From Basidiobolus meristosporus CBS 931.73 (taxonomy: Eukaryota; Fungi; Basidiobolomycota): a stretch of 64,000 nt of DNA. Shown one piece after another: positions 51,001 through 63,196 of the stretch. Under the pieces are notes generated by a model that saw only the letters and a program-made list of their open reading frames with translations, had not been told where the DNA came from and searched no databases. The stretch is from positions 1-64,000 of the forward strand of contig MCFE01000015.1 in assembly GCA_002104905.1 (NCBI GenBank), read 5' to 3'. Position 1 is the stretch's first letter. The number at the start of each line of letters is the position of its first letter. The position numbers and the translations under genes are program-made.

Positions 51001-51834
51001 TGAACTCGGCATATTTTGGGGAGGTTGAGTAGCGGGAAACCCGGAAGGATTAACTGGGTTACCATCCGGGCCCAAGAAAACCCGTTTAGGCCTAGGTGCC
51101 GGTCTGTTGGCATTATGCTATATAATCATGGAACATGAAATACTGAGTTTCTATCGATAAATGGCAAGGAACAGATTGAACGGCTCTACCTCGAAATGCT
51201 GATTTTGTTGCAAGTTTAGATTACCCATTTGGTTGGATAATTGGTCGCTAGGATTGATAGGTCTAGGAACACCCGGGCCAGGGATAGGTTGACCACCAGG
51301 GCGTTGAGGAGCTGGGAAACCCTGCGGCAAAGTATTGTGTGCGTGAGGAGGAAAACCAGCAGGGCTAACTGGCGGCCTTCCATGAGATTGCATTCCATTC
51401 GGTTGATGAGGACGTGGTTGTAAATTACCACCCTCTTGAGGTATTGGTGGTATGGCACCGGATATACCTTGAGGTGGACGTTGCATATTGCCTAATACGC
51501 AAAATAGCTGTTAGGGATTAAGGCCCAAAATATAATTGATGTAACTAGCACTCGAACTACCTGTCGGATTCCCTCCTGCAGGAGGGCGTTGAGTTTGTGG
51601 TCTGGGTATCATTCCAGGCCTTTGACCCGGAGGATGGTGTCCTAAGGTACCAGGTGGTGGGGGTCTACTTCCAGGTGGGCGCATTCCAGGATTTAAAGTG
51701 GGCGGACGATGATCTCCAGGAGCGAGCGGGTTAAAATTTGGATGTCTAGGTTGTGCCGAATTTATCGGACGACCTTGGCCAGAGTAAGAGTCCCCGTAAG
51801 AATTCTGATTGTACGGTTGCTGTTGCGAATCCAT
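48018..51834 (-). CDS. SEC24: COPII cargo adaptor Sec24 (C/D or Sfb3-like), multi-exon
   Basis: Pro/Gln-rich N-terminus, RCNRCQAYINPF zinc finger, FAIDVTWNS, VDLFLFP, RVRCSNG, RRIRLHNL, GQLILPE, MVEDK. Confidence 0.93.
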
Positions 51835-52957
51835 ACTGGATGTTCAAAACTAGAATTATATGCGTGGGCTTGGATAATATGTGTGTAAATGTTGGGCAAA
51901 TACTCTGTTGGCACTTTTAAGGAAGAAATATTTCAATGAAATTCAATAGCAAGTGGAAGCGCTTTAAGATCTTCTTAGATTGAGCCTCTCTCTCTTGCTC
52001 TCTTAATGTGTTAGAAAATTAGGTAAAATATGGATTCAAGGGACTTTCGGCTTAAACATCTACGTAAAACGAACACGCAGCTTGCAATGCAATCATGGAG
52101 CCATAAAAAATCATAATAATAATCAAACTCATCAAAGGATAGTTAAGATGCGCATGAGTATACATTGTTGTTATATACATATAATTGAGTTGTTTCTATA
52201 CTAAAATTCCAGCAGGAGCATTGAGTGTGACTGACAGCATTTATCAAAAATGAGTTGTCAGGCGAAATCAAGACAAACTGTTATATTTTATCAGCCAATA
52301 ATTTCCCGCCACCTCCATTTACAATGTTCAGGCAACAGCACCACTTGGTTAACCCTACGACCACTCCACACACTACAACAGCAACCGTATAGTCTACACT
52401 TATGTTGCAACAAAACAGATTGCTGGAGTGCTACTCCGGAGTAATTGACAGTCTCGGCTCAAATACATAACCTCACTACATCACCAAACCTGCCTTTTTT
52501 AGCATAGATTGGGTTTTCATTTATTCTCACATATCCCAAGAGAACTGTTGAAACTACATGTTCTCACCACGGCCAATGCATCCAGTGTGCATATCCATAG
52601 TATACGCATCAAATTTCCTTCACCAGAGAGCAGTACCGTTTGCACCAAAATCATGGACTAGGTGGACCAGTAGAGCAACGACCAGGGTATCTATACGTCA
52701 ATCTTTCCAAATGCACTGCACTTATTGGGCTGTTTTAGTAACAGAATTTCCTAGGATTACCAATGATTTAGCCTCAAAGATTGGTTGAGTGTTTCAATTG
52801 CGGTCTCACTGATGTTAAACAACCAGGCATTTATGGTAGGCAAGCTCACTGTATCACGCCAACAGGTCATTTTTCTTCTCATCGGGATGGGTTCTTTCCT
52901 CCAGTTGGATATAAATGTGGGCCTGCTCGCCTTAAGAACGTCACCAAATAATTCATC

Positions 52958-54460
52958 ATGGGCGTTAGCAAAGACACTACTTCTCAAACTCTTCAATTGC
53001 CTAATGGAGGCTCCATCCAAGTGAACACTAACTTGTTCATCAATGGTGAATTTGTTGCTTCCCAGAGTGGTAAATCCTTTGATACCGTCAATCCTGTAAC
53101 TGAGGAAGTTATCTGCCAAGTGGCTGAGGCTGACGAAAAGGATATTGATATTGCTGTGAAGGCTGCCACCGATGCATTCTACAACGGCTGGGTCAACACC
53201 ACTGGCCCTGAGCGTGGTCGCTTGCTTTACAAGTTGGCTGATTTGTTGGAGGAGCACGCTGATGAATTAGCTGCCCTTGAGTCCCTCGACAACGGTAAGA
53301 CTGTCGCCGTTGCCAAGACTGCTGATATTCGCCTTGCAATTGAATGCTATCGCTACTATGCTGGTTGGGCCGACAAGATCCACGGCAAGGTTATTTCAAC
53401 CGCCAATCCTGAACAATTCGCCTACACTCGCCATGAGCCTATTGGTGTTGTAGGTTGCATTATTCCATGGAATTTCCCTCTCTTGATGCAATCCTGGAAG
53501 CTTGGCCCTGCTCTTGCTACCGGCAACACCGTCGTTATGAAGCTTGCTGAGCAGACCCCCTTGTCTGGCTTGCATGTTGCCCGTTTCATTAAGGAAGCCG
53601 GATTCCCGCCAGGTGTCGTCAACATCATCAACGGTTTTGGTAAAGTTGCTGGAGCTGCTTTGGCTTCCCACAAGGATGTCCACAAGATTGCCTTTACCGG
53701 CTCTACCATTACTGGACGTACCATCATGAAGGCCGCCGCTGATAGCAACCTCAAGAAGATCTCCCTTGAATTGGGAGGTAAGAGTCCCAACATCGTTTTC
53801 GCCGACGCCGATCTTGAGAAGGCTGTGGAATGGGCCAGCACTGGTATCTTCTTCAACCATGGACAAACTTGCTGTGCTGGTTCGAGAATCTATGTTCAAG
53901 AAGATGTGTATGACGAATTCTTGGAGAAATTCAAGCAGAAGACTAACTCCATCAAACTTGGAGATCCATTCCATCCCGAAACCACCCAAGGTCCATTGGT
54001 TTCTAAGCTTCAATTCGACCGCGTTATGGGATACATCGAAGCCGGCAAAAAAGAAGGCGCCACCTGCCAATTGGGAGGAGGCAGATGGGGCAAGGTTGGA
54101 TACTTCGTTGAGCCTACCATCTTCACTGATGTTCGTGAAGACATGACAATCATGAAAGAAGAAATCTTCGGCCCTGTTGTAGCCATTACCAAGTTCAAAG
54201 ATGAGAAAGAGGTAATCGAGAAGGCTCATTGCACTGAATACGGCTTAGCTGCTGCCGTCTTCACTAAGGATGTTTCCAAGGCTATTCGTATCTCCAACAG
54301 CCTCCAGGCCGGTACCGTTTGGGTCAATTGCTACAATACTTTCGATGCTAGCACACCATTTGGTGGTTACAAAGAATCCGGAATTGGCCGCGAATTGGGC
54401 AAGTATGCTTTGGATTTGTACACCCAAGTCAAATCAGTCAAGATCAACCTTGCTGGATAA
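52958..54460 (+). CDS. NAD-dependent aldehyde dehydrogenase (ALDH1/2 type), intronless, 500 aa
   Basis: IIPWNFPL, FTGST, LELGGKSP, GQTCCAGSR, EEIFGPV, FGGYKESGIGRE; strong codon bias. Confidence 0.97.
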   Translation: MGVSKDTTSQTLQLPNGGSIQVNTNLFINGEFVASQSGKSFDTVNPVTEEVICQVAEADEKDIDIAVKAATDAFYNGWVNTTGPERGRLLYKLADLLEEHADELAALESLDNGKTVAVAKTADIRLAIECYRYYAGWADKIHGKVISTANPEQFAYTRHEPIGVVGCIIPWNFPLLMQSWKLGPALATGNTVVMKLAEQTPLSGLHVARFIKEAGFPPGVVNIINGFGKVAGAALASHKDVHKIAFTGSTITGRTIMKAAADSNLKKISLELGGKSPNIVFADADLEKAVEWASTGIFFNHGQTCCAGSRIYVQEDVYDEFLEKFKQKTNSIKLGDPFHPETTQGPLVSKLQFDRVMGYIEAGKKEGATCQLGGGRWGKVGYFVEPTIFTDVREDMTIMKEEIFGPVVAITKFKDEKEVIEKAHCTEYGLAAAVFTKDVSKAIRISNSLQAGTVWVNCYNTFDASTPFGGYKESGIGRELGKYALDLYTQVKSVKINLAG

Positions 54461-54835
54461 GTAGCACAAATTCAACAGCATATGCACATACCTACGTAAT
54501 CAACTGTGAATAAATTATATTGTAAACCCAATGCATCGGAAATGGACAAGAAGACACAATAGAGGCATTCGGTTATACAATTGCCTCATTCAATTGTTGA
54601 GGCCTCCTGCTCTGTAATCATCAACGTAACGTTGGATACTAGATAAATGTATTAATGCTGCCAATCTTTCCGTATTAATCGTCAACATTGTTGATTGGCG
54701 CATTTGGCACCATTGCTTTAAATTACATTTCCCAAAACGTAGTGTTTTCCCACAAAGATTGTGGAAAGAAATTTTCGAGATTTTCATAGATTCCAAGGAT
54801 TTCCTAGGTACTGCTCTTGTAACTTGGTGTTGGAC

Positions 54836-56089
54836 ATGATGCATGGATTGAATAAATGTATTCCAAACCGACGCAGTATTCTCCATCGTTTTTACAGTAG
54901 ATTAGGCCATTTTGATTCTCCCCGCTCGCTTTCTACCACCAAGGAGCAGACAAAGGCCCACATCGCTTTGAAAGTTGCTTATTTGGGTTGGGATTACCAT
55001 GGGTTTGCACGACACAATCTTCTTCCCACTATCGAAGGAAACTTGTTCACTGCTTTAGAAAAAACCCACCTGATCCAGTCCATCGAGCATGCGAAATATA
55101 GCCGCTGTGGCCGTACTGATGCTGGTGTCAGTGCTTTTAGCCAGGTGATTGGTCTGGAGATAAATCAAAAGTCACCTCAACAAACAGGCAATAGGATTGT
55201 AAGCATGCTGAACTCTAATCTCCCTAAAGATATTCGGGTCCTGAATTGGGCACGCACCGAATCCCATTTCGATGCAAGACATGACTGTCTCTCCAGAACC
55301 TACAAGTATTATTTTCCACGGCAGAATTTGAACCTGGAATTGATGCAGAAAGCAGCCGAAAAGTTTGTCGGTACCCAAGACTTTCGAAATTTCTGCAAAG
55401 TTCGAGGGGCAAAGCAACAGTCGGAATACAGAAGGACTATTTATCAGGTTGCAATCGAGCCTTCCAAGACACTCGCTCACTTGACAAGCCCAGAGCGACA
55501 GCTGTGTGAACTCACCATTCGTGGGCGTTCCTTTCTATGGCACCAAGTGCGTTGTATGACTGCTATACTATTCCTGGTTGGCCAAGGCTTGGAATCCCCC
55601 AGTATCGTAGATTATTTATTAAATATAGAGAGTACTCCCTCGAAACCGCACTATGAAATGGCATGCGAAACACCCCTAGTGTTGTATGATTCAGAGTATA
55701 AGCATCTAAAATGGAATACCTCGACTACCCCAGATTTAGTCGCCATGTACTGGCTACAGCGACACCTGGAGCGTGAGTGGCAACGCAAGGTTAATGAAGC
55801 CGTTGTATTAGAGAATCTGCTGGATTCGTTTGGCCGAACGATAGTCACTCCACCGTCGCTTGGAAGCAGTCTATCTTGGAGTGAGTATTGGGAGAAAGGA
55901 GAGGTCCAAGTGAGAGGTGAGGGTACTGATGTTATATTAGGAGGAGGCAAAGATAGCCGGGTTAGAAAATACAAATCGCTCACAGAGCGTCAATGTGGGT
56001 TACCTGTAGAGGAACTCAACAAGCGATTCTTGGCACGGAAGAAGGGACAAGCCCCCTCGTATGTAAGATCCTTAATAAAACCTAATTAG
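54836..56089 (+). CDS. PUS3: tRNA pseudouridine synthase, TruA family (Pus3/Deg1-like), intronless
   Basis: IALKVAYLGWDYHG, CGRTDAGVSA, FDAR, DFRNFCK, GRSFLWHQVRCM; Arg/Ser-rich N-terminus. Confidence 0.88.
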   Translation: MMHGLNKCIPNRRSILHRFYSRLGHFDSPRSLSTTKEQTKAHIALKVAYLGWDYHGFARHNLLPTIEGNLFTALEKTHLIQSIEHAKYSRCGRTDAGVSAFSQVIGLEINQKSPQQTGNRIVSMLNSNLPKDIRVLNWARTESHFDARHDCLSRTYKYYFPRQNLNLELMQKAAEKFVGTQDFRNFCKVRGAKQQSEYRRTIYQVAIEPSKTLAHLTSPERQLCELTIRGRSFLWHQVRCMTAILFLVGQGLESPSIVDYLLNIESTPSKPHYEMACETPLVLYDSEYKHLKWNTSTTPDLVAMYWLQRHLEREWQRKVNEAVVLENLLDSFGRTIVTPPSLGSSLSWSEYWEKGEVQVRGEGTDVILGGGKDSRVRKYKSLTERQCGLPVEELNKRFLARKKGQAPSYVRSLIKPN

Positions 56090-56266
56090 CAAGTCCATGG
56101 CCGAAGTGCGAGCATTCTATCAGACATGGTTGTCAGAACTTGGGCCATATGAAGAAACTACCTTTTTGTGGAGATGACGTCAAATATGGTCGATTAGTTG
56201 GGTTTATTTATGGTCTAACTTTAGATATCCCGTTCTAGGTGGGTATTAAGGTTGGCTGAATATATA

Positions 56267-56992
56267 CTAAGCCATCACGTTGTCATACTGAATTCCCTCA
56301 ATTCCATTCCCACGCATGCTACGACGCACATTTCCTTCAAAATGACGACGATCAGTCCGCAAATCTTGCGCAGCCTCTACAAAAAAAAGAAACATGTCAC
56401 GTTAGCTACAACTCGTAGAAGGTGAAGTGAGATTGGAGGGTTAGGACCTTTGTTCAAAGGGTCATCAGCATTAGGCTCGAGGAATAGATATTGTAGCCCG
56501 ATCATAACGGAGTTGATATTCAGTACTGGCTTCCAGTCTTCACGCAGTATATTCAAGCAAATGTTTCCGTCAAGATCGATGTTGGGGTGGTATATCTGTA
56601 GGGAGGGAGTGAATAGCCGGTTAGCTCTGTTTCTGAATCCGACATCCTATTATGTTGTACCTTCTGAATGCAATGAATCTTTGGTGGTTCGTGGGGATAA
56701 TTGTTGTTGATTTTGATGGTGAACTTGAATTCACCGCCTTTGTAGAAGCCTTCGTCCGGTCTAATACTCAAATTGAAGTTTAAAAGATCCTCAGGAGAAG
56801 GAAAAGTCACCTCCATAGTTTTGGGCAACTCGAGCTCCGAAAGATCTACAGAATTCTGTTGCGTTAAACCCAGCTCTGTTCAGGAATTACGGAATCTTTA
56901 CCTTTCTGGACTCGGATCTGAGCAGCACTGATTTTTGGCTTCCTCTTCTCCGCGGCTGCGGCCTCTTTCTTCATGCTGAAAAGTTTGATCAT
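56267..56992 (-). CDS. UBC12: NEDD8/Rub1-conjugating enzyme Ubc12 (4 exons)
   Basis: [10 protein letters not shown]-terminal E1-binding peptide, [47 protein letters not shown]. Confidence 0.95.
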
Positions 56993-57312
56993 GTTTTGTG
57001 TTTCTCTCCTCTAGTAAGGGATGGAAAAGGAAAGAAATCGATAGACTTGACAGATAATCGAGTGAAAAATCTAAGGTTGCCTCCGCAACGGTATCTAGGC
57101 GATTCGAGTTCATTGGTGATTGTAACTTCCCTGCACAATCATAAAATGAGTAATCAGCTATGACAGCCACTGGTATGTGTAATGGATTTTATTTCGATTG
57201 TGATGTGTACAAGTAATTGAAATTGCTAGGATTTTGATTAATTTGTGGGAGATAACATCACTGATGGCTGGTAAATCAGTCAGTATCATTGAACTTGGGC
57301 CAAGAGACTTTC

Positions 57313-57759
57313 CTATTGCCTAGGGAGGGCATTACGGATGTTGTTGTAAAGGTTTTGAGCGGAAGCAGCAACGGTGCCAACATAAGGCTCGACAGTGGAG
57401 CGCACAGTTTCGATGACTTCATTGGTGGGCTTCTTGATCAATGGGAATTTACTCTCCAAGAAGTCCAACGATTGACAACCAAGGTTATCAAGTTGCTGGA
57501 TCTGGCTTTGGAAATAATTCTGGATAGGCTTGACCACTTGGACAGCAGTGGTGAAGGCAGTGTTGGCAGTGTCGGCAACAAGGTGAACAGCACGAGAGTT
57601 GGATTGATCTACATAGCTCTTTACCGCGTTGACACCATCCTGGACAATGGGGATTTCGTAGATGCGTGACACAATGTGAAGCTCTTCGGTATGGGAGGAG
57701 CCGTTTTGATGGCCGTTCTGTTTGGGGGATTGCTCCTTTTCTCCAGATTCTTTGCTCAT
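57313..57759 (-). CDS. Short perilipin (PAT-domain)-like lipid-droplet protein, paralog A (148 aa)
   Basis: VSRIYEIPIVQD, QIQQLDNLGCQSLDFLESKFPLIKKPTNEV resemble the perilipin N-terminal PAT motif. Confidence 0.75.
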   Translation of the reverse strand: MSKESGEKEQSPKQNGHQNGSSHTEELHIVSRIYEIPIVQDGVNAVKSYVDQSNSRAVHLVADTANTAFTTAVQVVKPIQNYFQSQIQQLDNLGCQSLDFLESKFPLIKKPTNEVIETVRSTVEPYVGTVAASAQNLYNNIRNALPRQ

Positions 57760-58380
57760 TAGTGTGGGAAGGGAAGGTTGACTCTAAATAAGCGAGAGGA
57801 TGCGGAGATAGCTGGGAGCGCTAGCGCTTTTATATATCTGTTCAATCATCCTTAGCCGATCCAAAATCATGTGCAAACGTATGCCATTTGGAAATGGATG
57901 ATTTCTGCACTCGTAATCACATGAAAGAGATGGTGGCGATTCAGCAAATTTCCGAATTCCTTAGATTGTTGAACGATAACTGGAAGAATAGAAATACTCT
58001 ATTAGGCAACATCACTTCTCGACATTCCAGAGTTGTATTCCAGAGATTGAATAGTCACCGGCAAATCGTCCCCAAAGTTAGGCAGAACTCGTTTTCAATT
58101 TCATGAAAACGCAGAATTAAAGGATGGTTGATCCTTGCATTGCCGTAATTTGCGATGATAAATGCGCGGGCGGTGGGACTGATCTTTTATGCTTATCAGA
58201 AGCACAAAGTTCGGAAGTCGTCATGAAACAGATGATTGTTTGATTAGGCTGTTAATTTATTACTACTTTAAGGGGAACACCACTTAACACATTATGTTTG
58301 AAATGATGAAGCAAGATTCGGCAACTAGGTGTGAACAATTATATGGATATGAATGTGATTATTTAGGGTCCATTTTGGAA

Positions 58381-58929
58381 TTATTTTCCTTGGACAATGC
58401 TACGAACGTTTTGAACCAGATTTTGAGCGGATGATGTCACTCCTTCGAGATATGGCTCAACGGTATGAATGTATGGTTCGACGGTGGATCGGCACGACTG
58501 GACGACCTCGTTGGTAGGCTTTTTGATAATGGGAACCTTGGTCTCAATGAAATCCAAAGAACGGCAACCGAGCTGATCAGCCTGCTCGATTTGCGAATGG
58601 AAGCGAGTTTGAACAGGCTGCATCAAGCCAGCAACCGTATGCATTGCCGAACCAGCAGTGTCAGCAACAAGGTGGACATAGCGTGATTCTGAGTTCTCGA
58701 CGAACGACTTGACTGCATTGATGCTATCCTGGACCATCGGAATGCCGCAAATGCGGTTAACCACCTCTAAATTAGCGTTGTTGGGGCTGGAGGGGGTTGT
58801 TTCGATAGGCTGCTCTTCTTCAGCCTTCTCAACTTCCTGCTCCTGAGGCTTAATAGGTTCTTGCTCTTGAGCAACCACACTCTCGTGGGTGTTATCAACA
58901 GTATTGTTCTGAATAGATTCTTGGGACAT
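58381..58929 (-). CDS. Short perilipin (PAT-domain)-like protein, paralog B (182 aa)
   Basis: VNRICGIPMVQD, QIEQADQLGCRSLDFIETKVPIIKKPTNEV; collinear with paralog A plus an acidic N-terminal extension. Confidence 0.75.
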   Translation of the reverse strand: MSQESIQNNTVDNTHESVVAQEQEPIKPQEQEVEKAEEEQPIETTPSSPNNANLEVVNRICGIPMVQDSINAVKSFVENSESRYVHLVADTAGSAMHTVAGLMQPVQTRFHSQIEQADQLGCRSLDFIETKVPIIKKPTNEVVQSCRSTVEPYIHTVEPYLEGVTSSAQNLVQNVRSIVQGK

Positions 58930-60007
58930 ATTAGAGGAGGGTTGAGGGTAGAGGGTTGATTATGATATTATGCTACTGATTGTGCAGCTCCTCGCTTTTA
59001 TATGTATATGCGCTGTAAAAAATCAGCGGCAACATGTGAAAATATAAAATAAACTTTGGATATAGTATGGACTCTTGGACGCCATTGGTTGATGAAGGGG
59101 TGAGCCGATCACTAATATCGATAGCTAGCGCAGTCACCCCGATTGCGTCCAATATCACATGAAAATCAAGAAAACTAGAAAATGACATCGCCTTGGATTC
59201 ACATGCCAAGTGATCATTTCACGTGAGACCAAGAGCCGTCGGTAATAATGCCGAGAACTATGCTACTAAATATGGAATTGCTTACTAGCTTTTTGAAGAC
59301 GAAGAACGATAGATCTTTTGCCCTATGGAGCTCAGGAGGTTATATTGACAAAATAGCGCCAAATACGGTTATCAGTTGAAAGAAATTCTACACTTCAAGT
59401 ACTGGTTTTAGGAGGCTAGAAGATTAAAGGCCTTGATGCTGCAGAATAAAAAGAACGAAAGCTTGCTATGGCAAGATAGCGGGTACTTGTGCCACAGTTC
59501 CCTCATTAGAAACAAGTAACAGCATGAATACGTTCTCATTTATTAGCACATGTAGAATTGACTTGACAGGTCCTATCTCTCCTCGTATCTGTGCCAAGGT
59601 CCTTGGTAATCGGGGAGAATCCGAAAATAGGATGATTCCAGCTATATACTGGAATACATGATGTGCTATACTGGAATCAGCTATAAATGCACCTGAGTGG
59701 CTGTATGCTATACCGGAATCAATTAAGCGTTACTTGCAGTCGTTAATTAGAAATATCCCTCATTTGTCTCATGGTTGATGAACAGTATGATTAGATACCC
59801 TGATACCTTGATGCCTTGATTATGCATAAACAAGTGTGGCTGGGATGGTCAGATTATCGGACTGTAATATGAAAAAGCTCTTTAGGATCTGTAGATTAAT
59901 ACTTTCACAATGAAGTAGCGCAAGAATGATATGATCTTTATATGTGATGGTTACTACGGATCTATATTACATATGTGGGCTTGGTACAAGGAAACACTGA
60001 AGGAGGG

Positions 60008-61096
60008 CTACATCAAATATTCAATTTTCCAATACTTGATTGTTCGTCTTAGATTGACGTACTGAGGCCCGTCAATGGCTCCTGAAACAATCAACAGTTA
60101 GGGTGTAATCTCAAGTTAGGCAACAGTGATGGTCTCGTACCTTCATCAAGTGCAGGGCCGCCGCCGTATATTTGCTGAAATTGCTTCCATGCCTCTTGTG
60201 AGATCATGGAGTAGTCCTCCCACAACACCAGGTCTGGGTTGAGGCTACCTTGTTCTGTAAGTAGCCGGTGATTGGTTATAGGCCCTGGTGCAGGGTTGTT
60301 CCCAAGCACAAATCCCTGCCACTGGGTCATCCAACCTTGCTCGACAAAATAGCCTACCTCAAATTGTTGGTACATTGATATACTACGTTCCTTACGTCTA
60401 CGTGCAATTTCTTCCGATTTATACAAGCTGGGAAGACTGGTAGCCATAAGTGACATGATTTCGTTTACTCTACAAGTTTCGATATCAGAGCAATTGGTAC
60501 CCATCCATCTATTGCAACGATAGCACCATAGTTCTGTGGTATTGATTTTGAAACTGAGGGCGTGTCCTGTCGACTTGAAATGGTCCAATGCGTGTGCACC
60601 CCTCCAGCGTCCACAGCCTAGGGTTCAACAATGGAGGTGTCAGTAGGTCTTGGATTGGTGCGGTGATACAGTAAAGGAGGTTACCCAAGAATTGGCAGTT
60701 TTTGTTAGCACATATCCATAAATCCGGCACGGTTTCTGTGCAGTCACCTGAGGAACAGGAAAGGTGCGAATATGTGTCTACCAGAGAAACGTATTGTGCA
60801 AGCTTCTCCTCCAAGTGCTTTTGGTTGAATTGGCTCAGGTGTGTACAGACGTCATGAAGTTCGGTGGTGAAAAGTTCTCGCCACGACATGTAAGGAGGTT
60901 TGAAATTGATGTTCTTTTGCGAACAACATAAGCCAAACCAAAGTGAGTCTTCTTTAGAAACGTTGTTCAGGACTTTGCATACCAGAGAGCAGTTAAGTAG
61001 ATCAGCATGCTGAAGGTTGGACAAGATGTTCACTAGTATTTCGTATGGAAGACTAAGTAGCGGGAAACAAGCCACTGGGCACAAGCGCATTACCAT
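60008..61096 (-). CDS. F-box, ZnF-UBP and DUSP domain protein (3 exons), no peptidase domain
   Basis: LLSLPYEILVNILSNL..DLLNCSLVCK..LW (F-box); CTHL, CSSGDC, LWIC..C..GCGR, HALDHF, GH, WCYRC (ZnF-UBP); W..WQGFV..PGPITN..DYSMISQEAW..IYGGGP (DUSP). Confidence 0.82.
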
Positions 61097-61541
61097 CTTG
61101 TTGGGAAGAGATAGGCGAGGAAGGTACAGGTATAATGAAGGAACAAAGGTTGGGTTTTATTGCCTGAGCGCAGCTTGTGCTGAGGTTCTGATTTCTATAT
61201 AAACCTGACCAAGCGTAGAATATTTCCCTATTTCATACACCATTTGATATATATAGTAAGCATTATATACACAGTCAACTAGATTGATGCCAACATCTTA
61301 ACTCTGGCTCTTGCCCCAAACTACATTAAATCGCATCTTTAAACACTTCACCACGTAACCAATAGGCTCACACAAATAATATTGTCATCAAGTTGGTGAC
61401 CTCCCTCCAGTCTAATTAGGCAACGATTCTGGTCACGTTCAGGGATAGGGAGTGTGTTCTTGTGAGTGGGGTAGCCAAATGATGAAATCAAAGAGCCCAA
61501 AATGGGCCACTATTGCTTTATCTAGGTGAGTTGATAATGGA

Positions 61542-62771
61542 CTAATTCTTTGCAAGTACCTTCTGAACTGCCGCTAACACCTCCGCATGGATGCTAGCCG
61601 AGGAGGCAACCACCCCTTTGTTGGCTTTCAGGGTCCTTCCAAGTGAGAAATCAAGGGGTTTTCCCGAGATATCGGTTACTTTACCACCCGCTTCTTGAAC
61701 CAATAGATTGCCGGAAGCATGGTCCCATATTTTTTCTTCATAATCAGCACGAGTGGGAAGTCGTAGATAAATGTCGGCGTCACCACGAGAGATGGAGCAA
61801 TATTTACATTGACTATCCATACGGACAGGTGGCTTGGTGATATTAAGCAGTTGTGCTATTTGAGCCGCATCACTATGTGAAGAGTGCTCTGATTCGACTG
61901 ACTCGCAGAATGATGAATCGGCAGTAGTGTTCACGGTACTCATCTTAATAGGCTGCAACTCTTGGCCATCAAATGGTCTCTGATAATGTTGTTGTTTTTA
62001 GGAGGGAAAGATCACGAATGATTCTTAATACACACAAACCTGGAAAGCACCTTCTCCTTCGACTGCTACAAATAAACATCCCTTTGCACCAGAGGGGTTT
62101 TTGGCATCAATAGGAAGATTGGGGCAGCCCATTACACCCAGGCGAACCTGGCCATCAACAATGAGAGCCAAGCATACCGCAAATTGCTCCCCACGCAAGA
62201 ATCCCTTAGTTCCATCGATGGGATCCAAAGTCCAGTGGCGACCTGTGGAGCCTCCAGCATAACAGCCGCGATCAATAGCTGCTAACAGCTAGTGAATAGA
62301 GTTAAAACATAGGGAATTTACGAGAATCAAGAGTAGACACACCTGAGTGATGGTTTGAGATTCCTCAAGAACCGAATTAGCTAGTTCTTCGATCTTTTCT
62401 CTCATGTTGGCAGCAGCATCTCCATGTAGATCCTTAGAATCCTCTTCGCCTACGATAGGATCGTTCGGAAATGCCTTCGCCAGAACTGTGTTCACAACAG
62501 CCTGAGCACTGTAATCGGCGACTATGCTGGGTTATAAGACATGAAAGTCAGTAGTAGGTTGGAATAAACGGCACTTACTAGTTACAGGAGATTTATCCTT
62601 CTTCGTGATTGTTTCACTGGAGACCAGTTTGTTGAAAACATTCTGACACACACGGCTCGCTCTCAACACTGCGTCAATGGCAACAGCTTTCTCTTGGGTA
62701 TAGCTAGACATTGTTCTGCAGAATGAATGATAAATTTTCCCAAAGGCCCTCGAAGAATACAAACGGCTCAT
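61542..62771 (-). CDS. MET22: 3'(2'),5'-bisphosphate nucleotidase (Met22/Hal2), multi-exon; ATGs at 62771 and 62711
   Basis: KDKSPVT.ADY, VGEED, WTLDPIDGTKGFLRG, RMDSQCKY, EKIWDHASG. Confidence 0.94.
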
Positions 62772-63196
62772 ATATATATATGGGCGATGGAGTCAATCCT
62801 GGTCAAATCTTCATGATATATCGGCTACTTTCCTAACCTATATTTTCATTATCATTCTTCTCATGACGTGCTTTTCCGCAACCTTACGCTAGTTGATTGC
62901 GTGGTGATTTGCTACCATCTATTCAAGTTTCATCAAGATCCATTTGATAAATCCCAAATGGGGAAATCATGGCCTTGGTAGAATAATGTACACTATCATA
63001 GAGTCGGCAAGTGGGGCTAGTGTGGGACTTCACATTTATTTGCAAACAGATACAGGAAAGATGATCATCCGACAGGCGAATAAGACAGACAACCTGTTTG
63101 ATTCTCTCTCCAACTGGAATTAGAGGGTTAACATATTTAAAAGCAGCAAGGATTGCCTGAATGATATTAAATAATTAAGGTCAAAATTCGCCCATC

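Noticed and set aside
53396-54229. Long antisense ORF (277 aa) and others over ALDH, URA4, IMPDH and the perilipins
   Set aside because: Shadow ORFs expected from strongly biased codon use on the sense strand; no motifs.
59634-59722. Three copies of gctata(ta)cYggaat, with a short inverted repeat
   Set aside because: Too short, irregularly spaced and spacer-less for a CRISPR-like or satellite call; at most a local regulatory repeat.
56267-61096. Proximity of UBC12 to the F-box gene as a cullin-pathway cluster
   Set aside because: Separated by two unrelated genes; adjacency in a gene-dense fungal genome is not evidence of co-function.
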